64,000 bases of DNA from Chiloscyllium plagiosum (lineage: Eukaryota), in the NCBI RefSeq assembly GCF_004010195.1, contig NC_057752.1, forward strand, positions 11,317,160-11,381,159. Reading direction: 5' to 3'. Below, piece by piece: positions 24,808 to 37,092 of the stretch. Made by a program: the position numbers and the translations under genes. The notes under the pieces were generated by a model. It ran no database searches. It was not told the DNA's origin and was given only the letters and a program-made list of their open reading frames with translations. Position 1 is the stretch's first letter; each line of letters opens with the position of its first letter.

Positions 24808-26910
24808 TGTCATAGAGATGTACAGCACGGAAACAGACCCTTCAGTTCAACTAGTCCATGCTGACCAGATATCCCAAACCCAATCTAGTCCCACCTGCCA
24901 GCACCTGGCCCATATCCCTCCAAACTCTGCTTATTCATATACCCATCCTGACGCCTTTTTTACATGTTACAATTGTACTAGCTTCCACCACTTCCTCTGG
25001 CAGCTCATTCCATACACATACCACCCTTTGCGTGAAAACGTTGCCCATTAGGCCTCTTTTATATCTTTCTCCTCTCACCCTAAACCTATGCCTTCTAGTT
25101 CTGGACTTCATGACCCCAGGGAAAAGGCTTTGTCTAACCTATCCATGCCCCTCGTGATTTTATAAACCTCTGTAAGGTCACCCCTCAGCCTCCGATTCTC
25201 CAGAGAAAACAACCCTAGCCTATTCAACCTCTCCCTATAGCTCAAATCCTCCAACCCTCGCAACATCCTTGTAAATCTCTTCCGAAGCCTTTCAAGTTTC
25301 ACAACATCTTTCTGATAGGAAGGAGATTGCAGAATTGCACGCAATGTTCCAAAAGTGGGCTAACCAATGTCCTGTACAGCTGCAACATGACCTCCCAACT
25401 CCAATACTCAATACTCGGACCAATAAAGGAAAACATACCAAATGCCTCCTTCACTATCCTATTTATCTGCGACTCCACTTTCAAGGAGCTATAAACCTGC
25501 ACTCCAAGGTCTCTTTGTTCAGCAACACTCCCTAGGACCTTACCATTAAGTATATAAGTCTTGCTAAGATTTGCTTTCCCAAAATGCAACACCTCACGTT
25601 TATTTTTCTCAGCCCATTGACCCATCTGATCAAGATTCTGTTATAATCTGAGGTAACCTTGTTCACTGTCCACTACACCTTCAGTTTTGGTGTCATCTGT
25701 AAACGTACTAACTATACCTCTTATGCTCACATCCGAGTCATTTATACAAATGATAAAAAGTAGTGGACTCTGTATCGATCCTTGTGGCACTTCATATGGT
25801 CACAGACCTCCAGTCTGAAAAACAACCCTCCACTCTCTGTATTCCGTGAGATCAAACCAGTCTCCCATGGGGAAACTTATCGAACACCTTACTGGGGTCC
25901 ATATAGATCACATCTACTGCCCTGCCCTCATCAATCCTCTTTGTTACTACTTCAAAAAACTCAAGTTTGTGAGACATGATTTCCCACGCACAAAGCCATG
26001 TTGACTATCCCTAATCAGTCCTTGCCTTTCCAAATACATGTACATCCTGTCCCTCAGGATTTGTTCCAACAACTTGCCCACCACCAATGTCAGGCTCACT
26101 GGTCTGTAGTTCCCTGGCTTGTCCTTACCATCTTTCTTAAATACTGGCACCACGTTAGCCAACCTCCAGTCTTCCAGTACCTCACCTGTGACTATCGATG
26201 ATACAAATATCTCAGCACAAGGCCCAGCAATCACTTCCCTAGCTTCCCACAGAGGTCTAGGGTACACCTGATCAGGTCCTGGGGATTTATCCACCTTTAA
26301 CCATTACAGAGCACTTCCTCCTCTGTAATAAGGACATTTTTCAAGATGTCACCATCTATTTCCCTACATTCTATATCTTCCATGTCCTTTTCCATAGTAA
26401 ATACTGATACAAAATATTCATTTAGTATCCCCCCCCCCCCCATCTCCTGCGGCTCCATACAAAGGCCACCTTGCTGATCTTTGAGGCGTCCTACTCTCTC
26501 TCTCCCTAGCTACCCTTTTGTCCTTAATGTATTTGTAAAAGCCCTTTGGATTCTCCTTAACTCTATTTGCCAAAGCTATTTCATGTCCCCTTTTTGCCCT
26601 CCTGATTTCCCTCTTAAGTATTCCCTACTGCCTTTATACTCTTCTAAGGATTCACTCGATCTATCCTGTCTATACTTGACATATGCTGCCACCTTTTTCT
26701 TAACCAAAACCTCAATTTCTTTAGTCATCCAGCATTCCCTATACCTACCAGCCTTTCCTTTCACCCGAGCAGGCATATATTTTCTCTGGACTCTCGTTAT
26801 CTCATTTCTGAAAGCTTCCCATTTTCCAGCCGTTCCCTTTACCTGCGAACATCTGCGCCCAATCAGCTTTTGAAAGTTGTTGCCTAATACTGTCAAAATT
26901 GGCCTTTCTC
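24808..26910 (-). mobile_element. Long CR1 LINE ORF2 fragment (frameshifted)
   Basis: DKSPGPDQVYPR..EDWRLANVVPVFKK..PGNYRPVSLT..SQHGFVRGKSCLTNL through the 3' UTR. Confidence 0.92.
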
Positions 26911-26951
26911 ACTAGCAATGTTTAAAAGTGGCTGGGCTTTAGAGGGTTAAG

Positions 26952-27066
26952 CAATCCTAATGCCTGAAACGTCGATTCTCCTCCTTGGATGCTGCCTGAC
27001 CAGCTGCGCTTTTCCAGCAACACATTTTCAGCTCTGATTTCCAGCATCTGCAGTCCTCACTTCCCC
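26952..27066 (+). mobile_element. 5'-truncated short PLE-derived element
   Basis: gcctgaaacgtcgattctcc...cagtcctcactt; TSD ctttagagggttaag/ctttagggggttaag. Confidence 0.75.
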
Positions 27067-27825
27067 CTTTAGGGGGTTAAGATAAACTAGAGAAAATCTC
27101 CACTTTTACTGAACCAGAAATGGTATGAAAGTATACATGCTGTATCCTTTACCAGCATTTCTTATTTTTGAGATGGTGAAAACTGAGTACACCAACCTGC
27201 TATCTGTTTGGAGTCATCTATAATCAACAAACAATAAGCAAAGTGAACCGAAAGGTGAGAGATCAGAATGTTAAAACAACAGCAAATGATGCCTCCAAAT
27301 TAAATATGGAGTGATAATTAAGGTCACAGCCCCAACCCGGCAGGAATACAAACCTATACAATCAACCTTTTCAAAGTAGTTCACGAACCAGGTGACTCAA
27401 TAACGTTCATGACAAAGTTTGTGCCCACCCTTCCAGAACAAGCTCACATTGGAAGGTAGAGGCCCTGGGGTAATTTACAATTTTGTTTTTAACTATTATT
27501 CACACGTGGTACTTGGGCATCACCCACTGGGCCCAGCATTTATTGATCAACTCGTCCATAGTTAAGGCTGGAATCGAACCTGGGTCTCTGATACTGTGAG
27601 GCAGCAGTGCTAATTAGAGAGCCACTGTGCTGCCCAAATGTGTGAAGATTTTCTAGTTTAGTCTTGAACTACACTTGGAATTCCTGTCTTCACTTGGGCT
27701 GCTTTAAGGCTGAGACATTGATCATCATCCTCTTGGCTGTTTGAGTTTCAGAAATCTTAGTGCTATGAATCATCTATTGAATAGTCAAAGATCTATCGAG
27801 GCACTCCACATGAACCAAGGGGTGA

Positions 27826-28056
27826 CACACTCTGTGGAGTTTGCATGTTCTCCCTGTGTCTGTGTGGGTTTCCTCTAGATGCTTTGGTTCCCTTCAACAG
27901 TCCAAAGATGTGCAGGTTAGGTGGTTTGGCCATGGGAAACGCAAGGTTACAAGGATAGGGTAGGGGGAATGGGTCTGGGTGGGATGTGCTTTGGAGGGTC
28001 AGTGGGACTTGATGGGCTGAAAGGCCTGCTTCCACACTAGGGATTTTATGATTCTA
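27826..28056 (+). mobile_element. HE1-like SINE, partial
   Basis: tgtggagtttgcatgttctccctg...aaggcctgcttccacact. Confidence 0.75.
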
Positions 28057-28112
28057 AGGTAATATAAACATAATTTAATCTTTGATTTGAAGAATGACCT
28101 AATCCAAAGAGT

Positions 28113-28235
28113 TAAAAAGGTAAAAACAATGACTGCAGATGCTGGAAACCAGATTCTGGATTAGTGGTGCTGGAAGAGCACAGCAGTTCAGGCAGCATCC
28201 GAGGAGCAGCGAAATCGACGTTTCGGGCAAAGTCT
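28113..28235 (-). mobile_element. Short PLE-derived element truncated within hammerhead stem II
   Basis: Nearly identical to 9028-9140; perfect 14-bp TSD ctaatccaaagagt (28099-28112, 28236-28249). Confidence 0.8.
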
Positions 28236-28461
28236 CTAATCCAAAGAGTGCCAGTATTTTGAACTAGGGTGCCTCCATGTGGTTTTGTTTGCTGTTCTGT
28301 CAGAAGAGGCTTTTATTACAATGATGCCATGGTACACACTTAGTTCCCCAGAGTGGTGATCTTTGCCTCTTTTGGGGAAGATAATAAGGGCTATATTAAG
28401 GTCAGAATAAAACCTTCTATAATATCTTTATCGGAAAAAAGGATCGAGCATAAGTGATTTA

Positions 28462-28620
28462 CAGAGGAACCTCAATTATCCGAAGGACACGAGCGGGCAG
28501 TATTTCATTCGATTAATCAAATTCCGGATGATCGAATGCCGGATAACATGGTTTAGTCGAGTATCGGGACCTTGCGATCTTGCTGGATAATCCGATATTT
28601 GGATAATTGAGGTTCTTCTG
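28462..28620. mobile_element. Tc1/mariner-type MITE, second copy in opposite orientation
   Basis: TIRs cagaggaacctcaattatcc / ggataattgaggttcttctg. Confidence 0.85.
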
Positions 28621-30319
28621 TGTACTCTATTCGAGCCTCTTCCCATCATTGTCATCCAAAGTTTCCTTCTCCCCACTGTGGTTATGATGTGGCGGTGCTG
28701 GGGTGGACAGTCAGAAGTCACACAACACAAGCTTATAGTCCAACAGGTTTACTTGAAATCAGAAGCTTTCAGACCTCTGCTGCTTCATTAGGTGAAGGGA
28801 AGGGAAGCACACACGCACAGAATTTATAGGCAGAGAGATCAAAAGATCATACAAATGGTGTGAGTGGAGTGTCGATGACAGGTTGAATAACAAGTCTGTG
28901 TGGGTGCTAAGTGTCAGACGGTGTGAACAAAATGGCGACAGCTGAATAGCGAATGAATAGATGACCTGTGATCCGATTAATTGAGGCAGACATAATTACA
29001 AAAAAAAAATTAGAGGTAAGATGGTGCTGGATGCAAACCAAATGGTTGGAATAGCATGATAGGTAATTTTTTCCATTCTCCATCTTGGATTACCCAGAAT
29101 TGACCACATGTGGCTTTATAAAGAAAGGTTTGAATTTGCTAGGTCGTGTGATAAGAAGCTGAGCATAGATTCAGAAGGGAGAAAAGCAGGAAGGTGAAAA
29201 CTAGTGAGTGTGTTGGAAAAGCAGAGCAAACTAGCATAGGAAAATAGGCAATAGAGGAGTCTTGTGCTAGATGATAGGTACCTTAAATTTTAAGGTTCTT
29301 GAGGCGCAGTGATAGTGCCCCTTCCTGTGGGCTAGAAGGCCTAGCTTCAAGTCTCATCTGATCTAGAGGTGTGTCATAACCCATCTGAACAGATTGATCA
29401 GGAAATTACCATCCCCGAATGCAGAGTTCAGTGAATAAAGCAGATGAGCTGGAAAGAGGAGGAATGGCAGTCTAATAATCCCGATTACAGGTTTTTCCAG
29501 ACAGGATAGGGGAGTGAGGGTTATTGTCAGCAACAGTTTAAGGAAAATCTTTATAACCACTGAATCTGAGGGGAAGTCAGTGATTTTGCAGTAAATTTCT
29601 AGAAAATGCAAAAGCAAGGTGAGAGAGTAGGGTTTTCATGACCTTAACTGGAATACGTTTGATGCAAAATGTACAGAAGGCACAGAAGAACTAAATTGTC
29701 TTCAGAAGAACTTTGTAGCAAGCCATGCAAAGAGATGGTGGAGGGGAAAGAGGAAGTGTAATTGTTCTGGCTCCATTTTTCAGGCAATCATATTGAGCCA
29801 TTGAAAGAACTATATCGGCGAGGGCACAAGTGGTGATTATAATTCAGTTTGATCTATCATAGTTCTTTCTAATCAAGGATAAAAAAAGTGGAGGTAGCAC
29901 AGAATAAAGAGATACTGAGAAATAAAGCTACTGAAGGAGCTTTTGGAGTATGGCCACTGATTCCTAATGCAACATGAAAAGTTGATGAGCGCATACGAAG
30001 TACGCCATTCAGCCCATTGAGTCTCCTCCATCATTTAGTGAGATTGTGGCTGATCAGATAATCAACTCCACCTTGCCTTTTCCCCATAACCCTTAATTCT
30101 CTTTACTAATTTTAAAAGTCTGCCTATCTCAGCCTGAAATATACCCGACAGTCCTCTGCGGTTTAAAAAAAATCGGCAGATTCGTAACTTCTCGCAGAGA
30201 AAAAAATTCCTCCTCGTCTGTTTTAAATGTGCAAACCCTTAAACTTAGATCATGCCCTCTGGTCCTAGACTCTCCCACAAGATCTCTGCATCTACCCTGT
30301 CAAGTTCCTTTAGAGTCTT

Positions 30320-30377
30320 AAAATGTGTTGCTGGACATTTTCAGCTCTGATCTCCAGCACCTGCAGTCCTCACTTTC
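30320..30377 (+). mobile_element. Very short PLE-derived insertion inside an old CR1 fragment
   Basis: Perfect 14-bp TSD tcctttagagtctt (30306-30319, 30378-30391); short inverted stub at its 5' end. Confidence 0.7.
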
Positions 30378-31229
30378 TCCTTTAGAGTCTTGTAAGTTTT
30401 ATTAAGGTTGCCTCTCATTCTTCTAAACTCCAGTGAGTACAGCCTAATATATTCAACCTCTCCTCATTTGGGAAAAAAAAATCCCCCCTCCCCCTCCCAA
30501 TCCCTGGTATCAGCCTTCTCGAGACAATACCAGATTATTTATCCTTCAATAAGGGGCCTAAACTGATAAGGTGGTTAAGAGGACATATGGCATGTTTTCC
30601 TTTAACCAAAGTATAGAATCTGAAAGCAGGAAGGTAATGCTGAAACTAAATACAAAACTAGATCACGCCTACAGTATTGTTTATACTGGTCTAGGCATTC
30701 CATGAAACGTGATTGCACTGGAGACAGGCTAGGATTATTTTCCTTGGAATAGAAGAAGCTGAGGATGATCTTGATCATGCTCATAATAATTTAATACTCT
30801 ATTTAATAAATAGTTATGACTAGTTTATCTAATGTGAGCAAATATTTTGTAGAAGGGAAATGAGGAAATGTTTTTTCACCTGCAGGAAATCATTGCCAGA
30901 AAGAGTGGTAGAGGTAGGAAAGTAGCACCACATTTGAACTTTTACTTGGATTTCTACTGAAAGAATTGTGACCTGCAGATCTTTTGACTTGGCACAGGAG
31001 GAGAAGATTAATAGCCATGCCTTCATGTTAACGATATCCTCCATAGTGTTGTGGGGCACCATCACTATGCTAAATGGGATGGATTCAGAACTGAATTACC
31101 AAATCCAAATCTGGGCATCCATGATGCTGTAGACCATCAGCACCAGAGTTGTGTTCAACCCCAATCTGTAACTTTTTTGGCATATCCCTCACCCTACCAC
31201 TGCTATCAAGCCAGGGGATCAACTGCCAG

Positions 31230-31905
31230 AAGCAATGCTAGGCACTTAAACAACGAGTTGTTGGTTGGTTTGCTGAGCCAGTTGACTTTTTTGCAAATGA
31301 TTTGTACCCCTACTGGGTGACATCTTCAGTGCTGTGTAGCCTCCGGATGAAGCATCATTTGCTAATAATGGGTACCTTAACAGCTTCATCTGCCAATGCC
31401 TAGCATACAAACAACAAGACGACACTGTGTGCCCCAACACACTGACCATCCTACCTGATATTAGTAATTTCTCAGAACTGACAACAAGACTGCTTTGTCC
31501 TCTGAGAATAATGACAGCACACAAATGAACAGCCACAGTTCACTCTCTGCTATCCAAAACAAAAAACTCTAAACCTACAACATGCAAAACATATACAAAA
31601 TACAGCAACTGCAAGAAACATCACATGGCAAACAGGCAGGACACTCACCACTAGAATACATGAGCATCAGCTTGCAATAAAATGACATGACCAGCTCTCC
31701 CTCATGTCAATACGCACTGATAAAGAAGGAGACCAATTCAACTGGGACAATTATTACTGGGACAGGCAAAACAAAGACAAGCTTGGGAATTCCTGGAGGC
31801 CTAGTATTCATTCAACGGTGCCACAAACAACCATGTTTGAAATAGAGCCCATCGACGGACCACTATAGTACGAAACTGAAAATAGAACTGCCCACCATGA
31901 CTGAC
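31230..31905 (+). mobile_element. Degenerate Penelope-like fragment (GIY-YIG region) with inverted pLTR stub
   Basis: atacatgagcatcagcttgca (IHEHQLA), gggaattcctggaggcc (EFLEA); reverse complement cactgaagatgtcacccagtag at about 31310-31331. Confidence 0.65.
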
Positions 31906-31914
31906 TGACAGAAC

Positions 31915-33130
31915 CAGCCTATTCAGCCCCTCCCTATAGCTTCCACCCATCAAACCTGGCAATATCTTTGTAAATATTTTCTGACCTCTTTCTGTTTTCA
32001 CAATATCCTTCCTATAGCAGAAAGACCAAAATTGCACGCAGTGTTCCACAAGTGGCCTAACCAATGTCCTGTGCAGCTGCAACATGACTTCCCAACTTAA
32101 TGCACTGGCCAATAAAGGAAATCATACCAAACACCACCTTCACTATCCTATCTACCTGCGATTCCACTTTCAAGGAACTATGAACCTGCACTCCAAGGTC
32201 TCTTTGTTCAGCAACACTCCCCAGGACTTTACCATTCAGTGTATTAGTCCTGCCCTGATTTGCCTTTCTAAAATGCAGGACCTCACATTTATCTAAATTA
32301 AACTCCATCTGTCACTTGGCCCATTGACCCATGTGATCAAGATCCTGTTGTACTCTGAGGCAACCTTCTTTGCTGTCCACAACACCTCCAATTTTGGTGT
32401 CATCTGCAAACTTACTGACTTATACCTCGTATGTTCCCATCCAAATTATTTCTTTAAATGACAAAAATTAGTGAATCCAGCACCGATCCTTGTGGCACAC
32501 TGCTGGTCACAGGCCTCCAGCCTGAAAAGCAACCCTCCACCACCACTACCCTCTGTCTTCTCCCTTTGAGCCAGTTCTGTTGTATCCAAATGGCTAGTTC
32601 TCCCTAAATTCAGTGTGATTTAACCTTGCTAACCGGTACAGTGAGGAGCCTTGTCGAGCACCTAAACTGAAGTCCACATAGACCACATCCACTGCTCTGC
32701 CCTCACCAAATCTCGTGGTTACTACTTCAAAAAAATGCAATTAAGTTAGTGAGACACTATTGCCCACGCACAAAACTATTTTGACTATCCTTGATCAGTC
32801 CTTGCTTTTCCATGTACGTGCAAATCCCGTCTCAGGGTTCCCTCCAACTTGCGCACCACCGATGTCAGTTCCCTGGCTTTTCCTCACCACCTTTTTATAA
32901 TAGTGTCACTGCATTAGCCAGCCTCAAGTCTTCTGGCACCTCACCTGCAGCTATCGATGATACAAATATCTCAGCAAGGGGTCCAGCAATCACTTCCCTA
33001 ACTTTCCACAGGGTTCTCGGGTACACCTGATCAGGTCCTGGGGATTTATCCACCTTTATGCATTTTCACACTTTCAGCACCTCCTCTGTAATTTGGACGT
33101 TTTTCAAGATGTTGCTATTTATTTCCCCAT
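31915..33130 (-). mobile_element. CR1 LINE ORF2 fragment
   Basis: MEFNLDKCEVLHF..AEQRDLGVQVHSSLKV; LVRPLVEHCVQFWS. Confidence 0.88.
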
Positions 33131-33659
33131 GTTCCATATTGTTTGGGTACTTTATTTAAGGGTGGAAGTTCAAGCCTGGAGAGAGTGCAATGGAGATTTA
33201 CTAAAATGATAATGGAATGAGGGACTTTAGATCCAAGGAAAAATAAGAGAGCTAGGTCTTGTTCTCCTTGGAGCAGTGAAGATTAAGAAGTGACCTTATT
33301 GAGGTGTTCAGAATTATGTATAATTTTGACTGGATAAAGAAAGATATTCTGTTTCTACTTATTGGTATGTCAGTAAGTAGGGGTCACAATTTCAAAACTC
33401 AGAGCTAGGAGCGAGATGAGAAACCTTTTTACTCTGTTAGGACTTGGAATGTGCTCCCTGGGACAGTGATGGAGACAGATTCTGTATGAGATTTCAAAAG
33501 ACAGCTGGATATATATTTGGAAGGGATAAAGTTAGAGGGCTGTGGAGATAGAATGGTGCTAACTGGGTAGTTCTTTTAGGAGTTGGTATATGTGTGAATG
33601 GCTACTTTCTGAACTGGAAAATTCTATAATTTTATGATTACTCACAGGACAAATTCAAT

Positions 33660-34220
33660 TTGGCTAATTGCCACTCCATCAAAGTGATAGACTGGGTCTT
33701 CAACACTAGTATCAAAATAAAACACGACTTAAATAACCTGTTCAGTGCTCAGTTTGGGTTCCACCAGGGTCACTCAGCTCCTCACCTCATTAGAGCTTTG
33801 ATCCAAACATGGGCAGAACAGCTAAACTCTCCAGGTGAGAGTGACTGCCCTTGACATCAGGGTTGCATTTGACCAAATGTGGCATCAAGGAGATTTAACA
33901 AAATGAAAGCTAATGGGAATCATGGGGGAAAATGCTCCACTAGTTATATCTAGCAGAAAAGTTAATGGTTGTGGTAGTTGGAGGGAATCGCCTCAGCCCC
34001 AGGATGGCACTGCAGGAGCTCTAGGGTAGGGTCCTAGGCCCAACCAAATTTAGTTGCTGCTTCAATGATCTGAACCACTAACCATCCTGACTGGGAAATA
34101 TATTACCATTCCCTCACTCTCACTGGGTCAAAATCCTGGAATTCCCTCCCTAATAGCATTTTGGGTCACCGTACAGCACATGGACTACAGTGGTCCAAGG
34201 GGCAGCTCACCAAACACCTT
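33660..34220 (+). mobile_element. Degenerate LINE RT fragment (CR1/L2 group, second family)
   Basis: AQFGFHQGHSAPHLIRALIQTW; ALDIRVAFDQMWH; homolog at 47280-48280 on -. Confidence 0.7.
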
Positions 34221-34437
34221 TTGTAGGGTGAAAACATAAAACCGATTTTAGATTTATTGTAACTGACTACATCCGTTTTTTTTGCAATAGATATTTGGTA
34301 ATAATTTGATTGTTCCAATATCTCAGTCAGGCAATAAGTTGATTTGGTTTTCAGAGGAAGTTCCTTTGAAAAAGCTGCGATTGTTTACTGCCTGTTGTCT
34401 TTATTTTACTTGTTTATACGCCTGTTTCTTTCCTTAG

Positions 34438-34590
34438 GTGCACTGCATCAGTACTGAATTCACAACACGGAAACATGGGGGAGAAAAGGGTGTGCCTTTC
34501 CGAATTCAAATAGATACATTCAAGGAGAATGAAAATGGTGAATATACAGAGCATCTTCATTCAGCTAGCTGCCAAATCAAAGTGTTCAAG
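34438..34590 (+). CDS. TFCP2: TFCP2 exon 6 equivalent, 153 nt (phase 0-0; core of CP2 DNA-binding domain)
   Basis: tccttag| ... AAG|gtatgg; [51 protein letters not shown]. Confidence 0.97.
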
Positions 34591-34681
34591 GTATGGAGAA
34601 AAAAGGCGGGTTTGCTCTGGTGAATGACCATGACTTCAAATCTTGCTGTTAGAAATGTGATTCTGTTGGTTCCTAGATATT

Positions 34682-34870
34682 GTCAAAAAGTGTGGTGCTG
34701 GAAAAGCACAGCCGGTCAGGCAGCATCCGAGGAGCAGGAGAGTCGATGTTTCAAGCATAAGCTCTTCGTCTGGAATGAGCTCGTATGCTGCCTGACCGTC
34801 TGTGCTTTTCCAGCACATTACTTTTTGACTCTGATCTCCAGCATCTGCAGTCCTCACTTCCTCCTCCTCC
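34682..34870. mobile_element. PLE-derived hairpin element 92 nt downstream of exon 6
   Basis: Inverted arms, decayed hammerhead in the loop, TSD ttcctagatatt (34670-34681, 34874-34885). Confidence 0.78.
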
Positions 34871-35964
34871 TGATTCCTAGATATTCTAACGCTAACTCCT
34901 GCAAGATTTATACCTCAGTCTTTAATGATTATATTTTGTTCATTTATTATGTAATATAAATTAGCAGCTTAAACACTCATCTGAATGATGCAGGAGTGTA
35001 ATTGTTTTGAAGTCTCGCCACGCACTTAATTAACAGATGGGTCCTCCAGTTGATCCTGAAGACAATCTCTGGAATTGTGACTGGATTGTAACCATCCATC
35101 TTTCCTCTAAGTAAGATTTGCTTGCAAATGGAATCCAGAAAAACTGACCTATTGCTGGAGAACAGATTTCTGTCCTCTTGGCTTCAAATTACTGTGCAGA
35201 TCAATACCCTAATGACCAGCGGCTGCAGCAGTTTGGCAACTGGCACCTAATACCAAAAACAACAACCCACAGTAACATGTGCTAACCACTTCATATGCAG
35301 AATCATGACAGAAACTGCCTCACTCAGATTGGTCTCTTCAGCCATCAGAGAAATTGGAAAGCTACTCCCTTCGCTACAAATTTGAATTGCTGTGTCCATT
35401 ATTTTCCACATGTGGTCAGAGTATGACATGAATGCTAATAGATGAAGCCTATTTAAAGCAAATTAACCCCCTTTCTGTGCAATATTTCTACTGCTTTTAC
35501 TCTCACTTCTTTTCAGCTATTTTCAATAAAACTAAAACTAGTGTCGAAAGTCCACGATAGTGAACTTGCTGCAGAAGTATATGGTATCTTTGTATAAAAC
35601 CAATTTCTTATGTGCCATTCCAAAATGGCAATTCCTGACTCAAAATCTGTATGTTTTAATTGTTGTGTCATGTAACGAGTATGGTGCTAATTGTAGAAGT
35701 GCACCCTTTTAAATGATTGCGTCTGTGAAGACAAATCAGAGTTAATTCTTTGGGTCCAAAACATTAGAAATGTGATCCTGTTGGTTGATTCCTAGATATT
35801 GTCAAGAACTGATGATAGCTAGGAAAATGTCAGTTTATATGCAGAAGATAGGGTGGGGGGAAGGGGGTAAGGAGTAAATGATGGGTGGGGATAGACCCCA
35901 AAGAGAGAGAAGAACAGTTGCACAGACAAAAGAATAGATAGCGATTTGGCTAGAAGGATTGATT

Positions 35965-37092
35965 AGTAAGTTTACAGATGACACTAAACTAGACTGTATC
36001 GTGGATGGTGAGGTAAGTTATTAGAAATTGCAGTAGGATCTTGACCAGCTGGGGAAGTGGGCTGAGAAATGGCAAATGGCGTTTAATATATGTAAGTGTG
36101 AGGTCTTGCATTTTGGAAAATCAAATCAAGGGAGGAGTTTCATGATGAATGGTAAGGCCTTAGAGTGTAGTGGAACAGAGGGACCTTGTAGTTCAGGTGC
36201 ACACTTCTCTGAAAGTGGAGTCACAGGTAGACAGAACAGTGAAGAAGGCTTTCGGCACACTGGCCTCCAGTCAGGGTATTGGGTATAGAAATTGGAAACT
36301 TGCGTTGCAGTTGTACAGGATGTTGTTGAGGCCGCACTTGGGAGTATTATGTTCACTTTTGGTCACCTTGCGTTAGGAAGGATATTATTAAACTGGAAAG
36401 TGTGCAGAAGAAATTTACAAGGATGTTGCTGAGACTCAATGGCCTGAGTTATAGGGAGAGGTTTGACAAGCTAGAACATTTATCTTTAGAGCGTAGGAGA
36501 CTGAGGGTGGACCTTATAGAAGTGTATAAGATCATGAGAGGCATGGATAGGGTGGAAGCACTCAGTCTTTTTCCCAGGGGTGGGGAATCGAGGACTAGAG
36601 GGCATCGGTTTAAGGTAAGAGGAGAAAGAATAAAAGGGAACCTGAGGAGTAACTTTTTTTTAAACACAGAAGAGGGTGATATGCATATGGATTGAGCTGC
36701 CAGAGGAAGTGGTTGAGGCAGGTATATTAACAACATTTAAAAGGCATTTGGGCAAATACATAGGAAAAGTTTAGAAGGATATGGTTGAGAGTGTATTACT
36801 GGAAGAGCACAGCAGGTCAGGCAGCAGCCGAGGAGCAGGAAAATTGACATTTCGGGCCAGAGCACTACATCCGGAATGGCCCGAAATGTCGACTTTTCTG
36901 CTCCACGGACGCTGACTGACCTGCTGTGCTTTTCCAGCAACACATTCTTCAACTCTGATCTCCAGCAAATGCAGACCTTACTGTCTCCTTAGAAAGGTAT
37001 GGGCCAAACACAGGGAAATAGGTTTGGACATTTTGATCGACTTGAACCAGTTTGGGCTGAAGGGCTTGTCTGCGTGCTGTCGGACTCTGACT
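35965..37092 (+). mobile_element. CR1 LINE 3' part, interrupted by a PLE-derived hairpin (36785-36988)
   Basis: MAFNICKCEVLHFG; QKKFTRMLLRL; insertion flanked by ttagaaggatatgg/ttagaaaggtatgg. Confidence 0.88.
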
